Made by a program: the position numbers and the translations under genes
Source: a virus
Lineage: Duplodnaviria; Caudoviricetes
DNA: 54,659 bases
Reading direction: 5' to 3' (one strand)
IMG/VR virus record: IMGVR_UViG_3300026183_000006
Coordinates: 1 to 54,659 of that record
Notes under the pieces: generated by a model
Told to the model about the DNA's origin: nothing
The model's database searches: none
What the model saw: only the letters and a program-made list of their open reading frames with translations
Part shown: piece after piece, positions 15,180 through 24,014 of the stretch
Position numbering within the stretch: position 1 is the stretch's first letter
How the letters are laid out: each line of letters starts with the position of its first letter

Positions 15180-15617
15180 TTATAAAATTTTTATACCAAA
15201 CGAACGCAATGTTTCTTCAGTCCAAATTTCAAATATCATATCGTGTTTATATGCAAATGCTTTCGCTGCTTCCCATTTAGACTCATTTTTAATGTATGTC
15301 ATTACCTCAGTTAGGTATCTTTTTGTTTTACGAGAAGGTTGTTTAGGAGGTTGTGTTTGTTTTTTAGGCTTTATCTCAATAATGTAAACACTATCCTTTG
15401 TACGTACAAACAAATCTACGAAATAACGATGGATTTTATTATCCGTTTTACAGCGATACGGAATCACTACTTCTTCTGAGTTCCAACCAATTATATCTGG
15501 ATTACTATCCAACCATTTAAACGCCTGTCTTTCCCACAATGAACGATATTTAACATTTTTAAAATCTCCTTCGTATTTCTTAGGATTCTTTACCTTATAA
15601 CGTCCAGAATATGCCAT
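15180..15617 (-). CDS. 4: Head completion protein gp4 (TnsA-like nuclease fold)
   Basis: NPKKYEGD, YRSLWE, WNSEEVVIPY, HRYFVD, IEIKP, NESKWEAA. Confidence 0.93.
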   Translation of the reverse strand: MAYSGRYKVKNPKKYEGDFKNVKYRSLWERQAFKWLDSNPDIIGWNSEEVVIPYRCKTDNKIHRYFVDLFVRTKDSVYIIEIKPKKQTQPPKQPSRKTKRYLTEVMTYIKNESKWEAAKAFAYKHDMIFEIWTEETLRSFGIKIL

Positions 15618-15625
15618 GATTTTAT

Positions 15626-15653
15626 TATAAATAATACCAAAGAAGTATTTATA
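15626..15653. promoter_or_regulatory. Face-to-face late promoters driving the two divergent structural operons
   Basis: TATAAATA 15626-15633 (plus) and TATTTATA 15646-15653 (minus). Confidence 0.8.
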
Positions 15654-16651
15654 TGGCTATTAATATACCAAATGCAACTGAGTTTATACCACATGCAATT
15701 CCTTTTAAATCCAAAAATGCATCAACCGGAGGTGTATTAAAGTTTCCAGAAAACATTGGTGATTTAAATAGACCTTACGTATGGTTTAGATGTAAGACTA
15801 AACCTGGAGAAGCTCCCTTAAACATATATTTTCCGTGTCCTCAAGGATTGGCGTTTAATGATGGAGCAGCGTATAATACAATTGACATGGGAATGATTGA
15901 TACGATAGGTGAAATTGCTAATGCATCTATTAATGCATTTCAAGGAAAGGATAAATTACAGGCCTCCCTTAATGCTGCGCTAGAAGGCGGGCAACGCATT
16001 ATGAAAGAACTAGAATCTGCTGGAGGTTTAGGTGCTGGTATATTAGCAGCTAGAAAGCTTGGAGCAGATAGGGTAGCTACATCTTTAGAACTTAGAGGAC
16101 AGATAATACAAAATCCCAAAACAAATACTGCATTTAGTGGAAACACTGTAAGATCTTTTCAATTTGATTTCAAAATGATTGGTAGAAGTGAAAATGAAGT
16201 TAAAATCATCGATAAGATACAAAATGAATTTCGAAATCAAGTATATGCTAAACGGCTAAATGATGGAAATATTATGTTAAAATATCCCAATCAATGGGAA
16301 ATTAGATTTATTGATCCTAGAAATGGGCAAGAGTTAAACTATGTTCCTAAGATTTATTCATGTTATTTACTTGCATCAAATACTATCATAAATAGCACTT
16401 CGAATACTTATAGAAAAGATATGTCTCCTTATGAAGTTGATATGTCATTACAATTTCAAGAAACAAAAGTTCTTACTCGGGATGAAATTGAATCTTTAGA
16501 AAATAATGGTGATAGGACAAGTTCGGCTAAAGAAGCTGCTGAAAGCATCCTTGGCCAAGCCGAAACGTTGACTAATAGTGTAATAAATAAGGCAGCTCAA
16601 GAATATACTAAGGCAGCTGAAGCGCTCAATCCCGAAAATAATAAAGAATAA
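15653..16651 (+). CDS. 48: Baseplate tail tube cap gp48
   Basis: NPKTNTAFSGNTVRSFQFDFKMIGRSENE, LKYPNQWEI, MSLQFQETKVLTR. Confidence 0.85.
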   Translation: MAINIPNATEFIPHAIPFKSKNASTGGVLKFPENIGDLNRPYVWFRCKTKPGEAPLNIYFPCPQGLAFNDGAAYNTIDMGMIDTIGEIANASINAFQGKDKLQASLNAALEGGQRIMKELESAGGLGAGILAARKLGADRVATSLELRGQIIQNPKTNTAFSGNTVRSFQFDFKMIGRSENEVKIIDKIQNEFRNQVYAKRLNDGNIMLKYPNQWEIRFIDPRNGQELNYVPKIYSCYLLASNTIINSTSNTYRKDMSPYEVDMSLQFQETKVLTRDEIESLENNGDRTSSAKEAAESILGQAETLTNSVINKAAQEYTKAAEALNPENNKE

Positions 16652-16664
16652 GATTAGTTAAATT

Positions 16665-17663
16665 ATGTTTTTTAAACAATTCCCCAAAACGCAATATAGT
16701 ATTGAAAATGATGCTATATTAACAAATGTCACTGATTATTTTCGATACGTAGATATTGTTGAAAGGTTAGCTAATAACCTATATGCGTATAAAAAAGTTC
16801 AAATTGGACATGGTGAAAGGCCTGATGTTTTATCACAAAGGTTGTATGGAACTCCTGATTATTATTGGACATTTTTTATATGCAATGATTCGTTAAAAGA
16901 AGGTTTATCAGTATGGCCTAAGAGTGATCCAGAGATTAAAAATCATATAGCAAACCAGTTCAAAAACATATCTGCATTTAGATTTCCATTATCTGAAGAA
17001 GATACGAATGGTTCACGATACACCCCTTTAGGTATTCCTATTCTCAATAAAAAGTATTTACCTTATTTGAAATTGTGTAGACCTATTGCTGTTCGTGTAT
17101 GGGCCGAAGCTAAAATCGTTGATTACGATCCTAACAAATCACTTATTTGGATTGACAATTCAACTATTGGTTGGTATTCAGATGATTCGACGATAAATGC
17201 TAATAACGGAAATGGCGGAGAAATTGATACACAATATTCGAATAGCGCAAAGAATAAGTTATTTTATACTTCTGCATCTGCTCAAGACTTTACAGTTCAG
17301 TTTAGAGAAAATGGAAACTTATCTGATAAGATTGAATTCCAAAGGGAAGTTCAATTAGCTGCAATTCGATTTAAGCCAAATGTAGGATACGATACATTTC
17401 CGCTATTTTCAATTGATAAGTACTATACAATTCGATCGACACAGTATTGGAAAGATGGATCGTTAGCGCCTGCGTATTATTATGATTCAAATAATATTGA
17501 AGAAGAAATTAGCGAATACGAGGCTGGAGAGGAAGCAACAAATTATAAATCTATATATGACGATATGCTTGAAGACAATGAAGCTTTAAAAGAGATTAAA
17601 GTTGTTTCTCCAAGTTATATTGAATCGTTTGCAAGAGAATACAAAAAACTGCTAAATGAGTGA
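16665..17663 (+). CDS. 53: Baseplate wedge protein gp53 (LysM-like)
   Basis: FFKQFPK, GERPDVLSQRLYGTPDYYWTFFICN, WP, C-terminal NEALKEIKV. Confidence 0.88.
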   Translation: MFFKQFPKTQYSIENDAILTNVTDYFRYVDIVERLANNLYAYKKVQIGHGERPDVLSQRLYGTPDYYWTFFICNDSLKEGLSVWPKSDPEIKNHIANQFKNISAFRFPLSEEDTNGSRYTPLGIPILNKKYLPYLKLCRPIAVRVWAEAKIVDYDPNKSLIWIDNSTIGWYSDDSTINANNGNGGEIDTQYSNSAKNKLFYTSASAQDFTVQFRENGNLSDKIEFQREVQLAAIRFKPNVGYDTFPLFSIDKYYTIRSTQYWKDGSLAPAYYYDSNNIEEEISEYEAGEEATNYKSIYDDMLEDNEALKEIKVVSPSYIESFAREYKKLLNE

Positions 17664-19002
17664 TAAATTTAATAGATCATTTGTTGATGAGAAAGGTAAT
17701 TCTTTTAATGAATCATCTTATCAATTAACAAATTGTATTATTACTAATAATGATGGCCAAGTTGCAGACATTCGCAACATGGTCGGATTTATAAAAATCC
17801 ACGAAAGTCTTTTTGCAGCATCTCTCGTGGTTGAAATTGGTATTCGCGACGAAGTTAACTTTCTAGAAGATTTTGGTATTGTTGGTAACGAAAAAATTAA
17901 ACTGTCGATTGAAACAAAGGTATTAGATATCGAAAAAAACATAGATTTATCTCTTCGTACACAAAAATACCACGACTATGCTCGATCTGCAGATGATAAT
18001 CAGACACAAGCATACGTTCTTATTGCAGTGTCTGAGCACGCATATATTGCACCACTTAAGTTGATATCACGTACAGTTTATGGTAGCCATGATAAATTGA
18101 TTGGAGATATATTCAGAGGTGATCTTTTTACGCCACTTGTTGTAAATGGTAAAATGAATACGAAATTCAGAGGGAATATTAATATTCAAAATCCAATTAA
18201 GGCATGCCAAAAGATCTTAGAATCTGCTGCTGATGTAAATCAGACTCCGTATTTTTTGTATCAAGATTTGTCTACGAATATTTACCTTTCACCTCTCAGT
18301 TTTATTAATGACCGAGAGGAAAATCCAGTCTATCGAACATATAAGAATGATAAGCAATTAAGATCTTCTTCTGATTCGAAGGCTAATTATATCGAGAGGT
18401 CGTCACAGATTCTTAAAATATCTTCGAATATTGGTCTTTCACCATCATTGCAGGCGAAGAAAGGTGCCTTTGCATCTGAGCATCGTTATATTAATATCAA
18501 TAAAAAGACATCATACGATGTTAAATTTGAATACGAAACTCAGATTGATCCAAATAATACTACATCAAAATTGTTACCTCGAATAAGTGGTGCAAATACA
18601 AATGATCCGGATGTCGAAGAACCTTTGAATAAGATAAGAGAGTCGAATGTCGAATATCATTTCGTTAATGAAAATGCGTATCAAACAAACAATGGAGAAT
18701 CATTAACGATTGGACAGATGAATTATGAGCAAAAGCATATATCTGATGCTTATATTGCAAATTATGATGCATGTTCACATAAGTTTGAGGTGATGGGTGA
18801 TACATTATTGAATCCTGGCCGAACGATACAGATATTATTTCCAAAATCAACGTCACCTGAAGTAGCAGGAACTGATAATTATGATCGTCTATTGTCAGGT
18901 GATTATCTTATTTTTAGTACATTACATACATTTATGGATGGAACACACACGACAGAAGTCGTAGCAAAGACTGATTCTATCCGACCTACAGAAACATTAT
19001 GA
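17656..19002 (+). CDS. Baseplate hub protein (gp27-like / late control D-like)
   Basis: IHESLFAASL, IVGNEKI, YFLYQD, GDTLLNPG, LLSGDYLI; between 53 and 5. Confidence 0.7.
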   Translation: MSDKFNRSFVDEKGNSFNESSYQLTNCIITNNDGQVADIRNMVGFIKIHESLFAASLVVEIGIRDEVNFLEDFGIVGNEKIKLSIETKVLDIEKNIDLSLRTQKYHDYARSADDNQTQAYVLIAVSEHAYIAPLKLISRTVYGSHDKLIGDIFRGDLFTPLVVNGKMNTKFRGNINIQNPIKACQKILESAADVNQTPYFLYQDLSTNIYLSPLSFINDREENPVYRTYKNDKQLRSSSDSKANYIERSSQILKISSNIGLSPSLQAKKGAFASEHRYININKKTSYDVKFEYETQIDPNNTTSKLLPRISGANTNDPDVEEPLNKIRESNVEYHFVNENAYQTNNGESLTIGQMNYEQKHISDAYIANYDACSHKFEVMGDTLLNPGRTIQILFPKSTSPEVAGTDNYDRLLSGDYLIFSTLHTFMDGTHTTEVVAKTDSIRPTETL

Positions 19003-20309
19003 TAACGAATCCACAATTTTTTATTGGTGTCGTCGAAGATATTAGCGATCCATTACAATTAAACAGAGTCAAAGTTCGTATATATGGCAAACACTCGTCT
19101 GATTTAAATCAAATGCCGACAGAAAACTTGCCATGGTCAAGTGTTGTTATGCCGGTCACATCTGCTTCTGTATCTGGTGTCGGATCTTCGCTTGGTCTCG
19201 TAAATGGTAGCTGGGTATTCGGTGCATATATTGATGGCAGTGACGAACAAGAATCACTTATCATGGGATCAATACCGGGTGAATCTACACCTCCACTTAA
19301 TAATACACAACCAGCAGGATTCCAAGATCCAGAAGGCCAATATCCAAAAAAAGTTGGAATCGATACACCTCATGCAGCAACAAAAAAGAATTCAAAATCA
19401 TTCATAAACAGAAAATCTAATACAGTTAGAGATATACCACTAGCAACTCGACCCCAACTATCTAGTCTTACGGATGACAAAAAACCCGAAGACGAAGCAA
19501 TATCAATTCCCGAAACAGAAACCTGGCACAATCCACAATATCCATACAATAATGTCACTCAAACCGAAGCAGGACACATAATTGAATACGACGATACAGC
19601 CGGATTTGAAAGAATATCACAAACACACTCATCTGGTACTACATCTGATATAATTAATGATGGATCTAAGATAGATACTATAGTAGGAGATGGCTATACC
19701 GTATATAACAAAAATAACACAGTCTATATAGTTGGAAATTGCAATATTACCGCGAACGGAGACATAAATGTTAAATGTGAGGGCAATTATGTCTTAGACG
19801 TAGAGGGAGATCTGATATATAACGTGAACGGTAAGATAATTACAAAGACGAACAGTGACTCTATCACAGAGATCTTAGGCAAAAGAGAAATAAACATCGG
19901 CAGCACAGATCTATTAAAGGTGAAAGACAGTCAAACAATCGAGGTAGGGGATGATATGCTCTTAACGGTGAAGAACGATCTAGGGCAGACTATTAATGGT
20001 AAAAGCGAGATAGCACACCTCGGCGATACTAATATTAACTATGGTACAACACTTGATACGACTGTGAATTCAAATCATACTGATATGGTGATGGGATCTA
20101 AAACAATTACATCTGTTAGTAATATGAAACTTAACTGTACTGAAAAGATCCATATAAATACTCCAATACAAAGGAATAGTGGAGATGTTATAGCTGGTGG
20201 CGGTGGTGTTTCCCTTATAACACACTTACATACACAAAAGAATGGTAATGATAATGGTGGTGGAATAGATACTACGGCATCGATTGCAGGAACAGGAGCA
20301 GGATCATAA
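18999..20309 (+). CDS. 5: Central spike gp5 (OB fold + beta-helix), no lysozyme domain
   Basis: FIGVVEDISDPLQLNRVKVRIYGKH, YPYNNVTQTEAGHIIEYDDT, VxG repeats, C-terminal SLITHLH. Confidence 0.9.
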   Translation: MITNPQFFIGVVEDISDPLQLNRVKVRIYGKHSSDLNQMPTENLPWSSVVMPVTSASVSGVGSSLGLVNGSWVFGAYIDGSDEQESLIMGSIPGESTPPLNNTQPAGFQDPEGQYPKKVGIDTPHAATKKNSKSFINRKSNTVRDIPLATRPQLSSLTDDKKPEDEAISIPETETWHNPQYPYNNVTQTEAGHIIEYDDTAGFERISQTHSSGTTSDIINDGSKIDTIVGDGYTVYNKNNTVYIVGNCNITANGDINVKCEGNYVLDVEGDLIYNVNGKIITKTNSDSITEILGKREINIGSTDLLKVKDSQTIEVGDDMLLTVKNDLGQTINGKSEIAHLGDTNINYGTTLDTTVNSNHTDMVMGSKTITSVSNMKLNCTEKIHINTPIQRNSGDVIAGGGGVSLITHLHTQKNGNDNGGGIDTTASIAGTGAGS

Positions 20310-20322
20310 CTGAATTTTTTTA

Positions 20323-20351
20323 TTTACAGTAGTTATAACTTTTGATATAAT
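20323..20351 (+). promoter_or_regulatory. Sigma70-type promoter inside the late structural block
   Basis: TTTACA, 17 nt, TG-A-TATAAT. Confidence 0.7.
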
Positions 20352-20405
20352 ATTCTAAGAATAACAAAAACACCTCTATATATTACTTTATAACTTTAAT
20401 TATCA

Positions 20406-23105
20406 ATGGCAACAACAATAAATTATCCATATCAGATAACAACACTCAGTGCTAAAGGATCAGCTGAGGTTATTGCTCGTGGTATTACTAATGACTATAT
20501 AACAGAATGGTCTTATAATACTAATACTATCGGATCATGGGACCGTGTTGCAGACTTTCCTACTGTCGTACGTACTGGTAATTTTGTTTGGTGTTGGTAT
20601 CGGGAATATATCGATAGAGCAATATATGTGCTAATCGATGTAGTACCAGACCCTCAGGTAGAATACCAATTAGGTAATAATATTGCATATCCAGCATTAT
20701 TGAATGGAAGTGTAGGTGAAATAACGTATGCAGTGACTCCAGCGAATATTAAAACCATTAATACCGGTAGTATTCCAGGCCCAGATAATAGTCCAGATTT
20801 AAATACAATAACCGATGGACCATACTATAAATTAGCTGTAGGAAATAAATATGTGCACGTAACTGGTACGACTGCTGGTTATAAGGCAGGTTTTTATAAC
20901 TCTGACAGAAGCTATAAAGAAATCGTTGCAGATAAATGGGGAAGAACACCAAATGTATGGGGAGGTTTTGCCACAGCGAACGCCACATATGTTCCATGGG
21001 TAATTGGTTGGGGCACATCTCAAAGCTTATTAACAAGCAGCAATACTGACGATGGAGATACAATCTATGGTATATTTGCACCATTTGCGACTTATGAACA
21101 ATTCCAAACATTATATGGTGCAGAAAAAGATTGGATCTATTCTACATCAGGATCCTCATATAAAACATTATTTGGACCGACATATAACACATCAAACAAC
21201 GCAGGCATACAATATACTAATACATCTGATATAGAAAACGACTATCCGTTTACTGTTGAAGAAATGCAACCACAAACAAATTATAGAGATATACCCGGTG
21301 ATACAAACCAAGACGGAATTGACGATAGTACAAGCTTCGAAGATGCATTAGCAACTTATGCTACAGCAGCAAGTATATTCCCCGGATTAGATATAACAAA
21401 GTGTGGTAACCTTGCAGACCTATCAATCAAATTACCGGGTATCGATCTCCCATCAATCAATGAACTCAAGAATACCGTAAAGGCCGGGATCGATACAGCA
21501 GTATCCTCAACAGGCCTTTTGGAATTGGGGAAAAAGCTCGAGGGGTTTAAGGCTGGTTTAAAAGACAAGCTTCCAAAGGTACCTGTAATCGAAAATCTGG
21601 CTAAGGATATATCTGAGTTGAAGGATGCGACCGAGGATACATTTGAGAAGTTGAAGAAGAAGTGGGAGGGAGCTGTTGATGATATCGAGAGTATTATTGA
21701 TAATGTCCGTAATCTTGGTGGTTTTGATGTATGTCAGTTTGTTACTGATAAGGCGAAGACTGATGAGGATGGTAATTTGGTGAAGAAAAATGACGCTCCT
21801 AGTCCTCCAGATATTGATATGGTTGAGTCATCGACTGGTGGATTTTCTCCTTATAAAGAAGATTACGTTACAGCTCCTGCAGCATTGAATATCGGTTGGA
21901 ATGATGGTGATTATCTCAAATATCGTGCAATGCTTACTTCTAAGATGGATGTTACGAGGACTGCAGATTTAAGAGCTAAGTATCCATGGGCCCAATATTC
22001 TTATGATTTTCCTATTATTACTAGTAACCTCGAAGAATTCCTTAAATCACCTTTAGCGCAGAAAGTTAGAAAGTTAAAAAATAATAAATCACCGGTCCCT
22101 CCTAGTGATTTGCAAGAATACAATCGAATAGGTACTCCTCTTGTCCTTGAATTTAAGAGAGCACTACTTGTCAATAACCTACATCAACAAATCAGCGTGT
22201 TTGTTTCTAATGCATTATCGCATGTTGGAAAGCGAATAATAAAAGACTATTCTCCAATTCCAGTCGGAGGCGATGTTTCGAAACTATGGTACGGCCTCGA
22301 AGAAAGAGGGTACTATAAAGATTACCCTATTGGAGGTAACGTCGGTGATCCCGACGGTACGCCAGTTATATGGAGAAAGGAAGACGATGATGTTATTCAA
22401 AAATTTGTAAAAGAATACGAGAAATATATATCTGAAAATATATTAACAAAAGAAATAATTGAAGAAGGCGAATTTAATCATGTCGGCTTTACTGCACATT
22501 ACGAAGAACCAACAGGTGAGCCGGTCGCCCGCCGTGTATTTGAAAGATTAAATGTAAGTGGAGTAGATCCAGGTCCTGATATATCTACACCTCCTCCTCC
22601 TCGCGAGTTTATTAAATCGAATTCAGGTAAGGTATTCTATACAAAAGGTTTTAAATCAAAAATCCGCAATCAGCCTATTAGGGCAGATTTATTCGGCATG
22701 CTTGAAGCGACTGCATCAGAACTCGGATGCTCGTTTGAAATAACTTCCGGAGGCCAGCCGGTTAATGGTATCCTTGGGAAATATGGCGGAGGCGGCAGGA
22801 CTGGTTCCCATCGACATGATAATGGATACGCCGCTGATGTTAAGATTCGTAACAAAAACGGCCGGCTATTAGGTGCAAAAAATGCTAATGTGAATGCTCG
22901 AGATAGAAAAGAATTAAGCGATATAATCGTATCACTATTAAAGAATGGTATTACATCAGTCGGAGCAGGGACAGTATATATGGGAGGTACTGCTGTCCAC
23001 CTTGATATTACCCCATCTAATATTTCACCTGCCGCAGTTTGGGGTAATAATGATTCCCGCAGCGGTGCACCAGGATGGCTAATAAGTTTATACGACGCGA
23101 ATTAA
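20406..23105 (+). CDS. Multidomain protein with C-terminal M15-like zinc peptidase
   Basis: ITSGGQ...TGSHRHDNGYAADV (H-x6-D)...VHLDI; helical Cys-containing middle region. Confidence 0.7.
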   Translation: MATTINYPYQITTLSAKGSAEVIARGITNDYITEWSYNTNTIGSWDRVADFPTVVRTGNFVWCWYREYIDRAIYVLIDVVPDPQVEYQLGNNIAYPALLNGSVGEITYAVTPANIKTINTGSIPGPDNSPDLNTITDGPYYKLAVGNKYVHVTGTTAGYKAGFYNSDRSYKEIVADKWGRTPNVWGGFATANATYVPWVIGWGTSQSLLTSSNTDDGDTIYGIFAPFATYEQFQTLYGAEKDWIYSTSGSSYKTLFGPTYNTSNNAGIQYTNTSDIENDYPFTVEEMQPQTNYRDIPGDTNQDGIDDSTSFEDALATYATAASIFPGLDITKCGNLADLSIKLPGIDLPSINELKNTVKAGIDTAVSSTGLLELGKKLEGFKAGLKDKLPKVPVIENLAKDISELKDATEDTFEKLKKKWEGAVDDIESIIDNVRNLGGFDVCQFVTDKAKTDEDGNLVKKNDAPSPPDIDMVESSTGGFSPYKEDYVTAPAALNIGWNDGDYLKYRAMLTSKMDVTRTADLRAKYPWAQYSYDFPIITSNLEEFLKSPLAQKVRKLKNNKSPVPPSDLQEYNRIGTPLVLEFKRALLVNNLHQQISVFVSNALSHVGKRIIKDYSPIPVGGDVSKLWYGLEERGYYKDYPIGGNVGDPDGTPVIWRKEDDDVIQKFVKEYEKYISENILTKEIIEEGEFNHVGFTAHYEEPTGEPVARRVFERLNVSGVDPGPDISTPPPPREFIKSNSGKVFYTKGFKSKIRNQPIRADLFGMLEATASELGCSFEITSGGQPVNGILGKYGGGGRTGSHRHDNGYAADVKIRNKNGRLLGAKNANVNARDRKELSDIIVSLLKNGITSVGAGTVYMGGTAVHLDITPSNISPAAVWGNNDSRSGAPGWLISLYDAN

Positions 23106-23130
23106 ATTAAACATATCGAATAATTATTAT

Positions 23131-23556
23131 ATGAAATCAATCTATCTTAAACCAGACGTGAATGGCATTGTTCGCGAAAAATTTCTTCGAAAAGAAATTG
23201 AAGAAGTCGTCCGTACTTCGAAGCTTAACAAATACGTTCCTGGAAATGCCACAACACTTAAAGTTAATGGAGGTCATCCTGAAGAATATGCAAACTACTT
23301 TATATCTCTTATGAAGAAGTCATCAAAACTTAATGCAAACTTCGAGACAACCGTAAGAACCTATTCCTCAACAGGCAATTTGGTAGAAGTCAAACGCGTT
23401 GGCCTGTTTAGTATCAATCCATTGACCTGCCCTGGAATTAATCCTCAAAAGCTTTTTGATCCAAAGGTAAACGTGAAAGAAGGTATTCGTCTTTATGAAG
23501 AATTAATATTAAGAGAAGGTAACCTTCCTGCAATTAGTGGTGTGATTTTGATATAA
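23131..23556 (+). CDS. SLT/lytic transglycosylase-like protein, apparently lacking the catalytic Glu
   Basis: LMKKSSKLNAN, GLFSINP, LFDPKVNVKEGIRLY align by eye to SLT motifs. Confidence 0.55.
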   Translation: MKSIYLKPDVNGIVREKFLRKEIEEVVRTSKLNKYVPGNATTLKVNGGHPEEYANYFISLMKKSSKLNANFETTVRTYSSTGNLVEVKRVGLFSINPLTCPGINPQKLFDPKVNVKEGIRLYEELILREGNLPAISGVILI

Positions 23557-23559
23557 ATA
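23552..23559 (+). promoter_or_regulatory. T4-type late promoter
   Basis: TATAAATA 5 nt before the gp25 ATG. Confidence 0.8.
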
Positions 23560-23564
23560 GTATT

Positions 23565-24008
23565 ATGGCGTTGAGATCAGACTATAATGTTAACGAAAAA
23601 GCACCAAGTGTTTTTGCAGGCGATCCGTCTGGTCTTTTTGCAGACTTACCTTTAGATTTTATTGCCCATCCAAATACAAAAGATATCAGACCTATTACGG
23701 ACGTCCAAGCAATCCGCCAGGCCGTTAAAGTACTTGTTTTAAGTAATTTTTCTGATAGACCATTTCACCCTGAACTTGGATGTAATGTAACATTCTATCT
23801 TTTCGAAAATGCTGACCAATTTACTGCTCTTGCTATTCGTGAAGAAATCCTTCGAGTTATCAAAGATCACGAACCTCGGGTGATAAATCCGAATGTCGAA
23901 ATCGAACTCGATCAAGAATACAATCGACTTCTTGCAACAATCGTTTTTCAAATTAGGAACACAAACACAAACACCGAGGTATCATTCTACCTTGACAGAA
24001 TCAGATAA
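23565..24008 (+). CDS. 25: Baseplate wedge / sheath initiator gp25
   Basis: AIRQAVKVLVLSNFSDRPFHPELGC, HEPRV, YLDRIR. Confidence 0.93.
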   Translation: MALRSDYNVNEKAPSVFAGDPSGLFADLPLDFIAHPNTKDIRPITDVQAIRQAVKVLVLSNFSDRPFHPELGCNVTFYLFENADQFTALAIREEILRVIKDHEPRVINPNVEIELDQEYNRLLATIVFQIRNTNTNTEVSFYLDRIR

Positions 24009-24014
24009 AAGACC

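Noticed and set aside
15180-15617. TnsA-like nuclease as a Tn7 transposon or homing endonuclease
   Set aside because: Sequence and position next to gp2 match the core T4 gp4 head completion protein.
20153-20160. TATAAATA inside gp5
   Set aside because: Lies within coding sequence about 245 nt from the next start; may be chance in AT-rich DNA, so not called.
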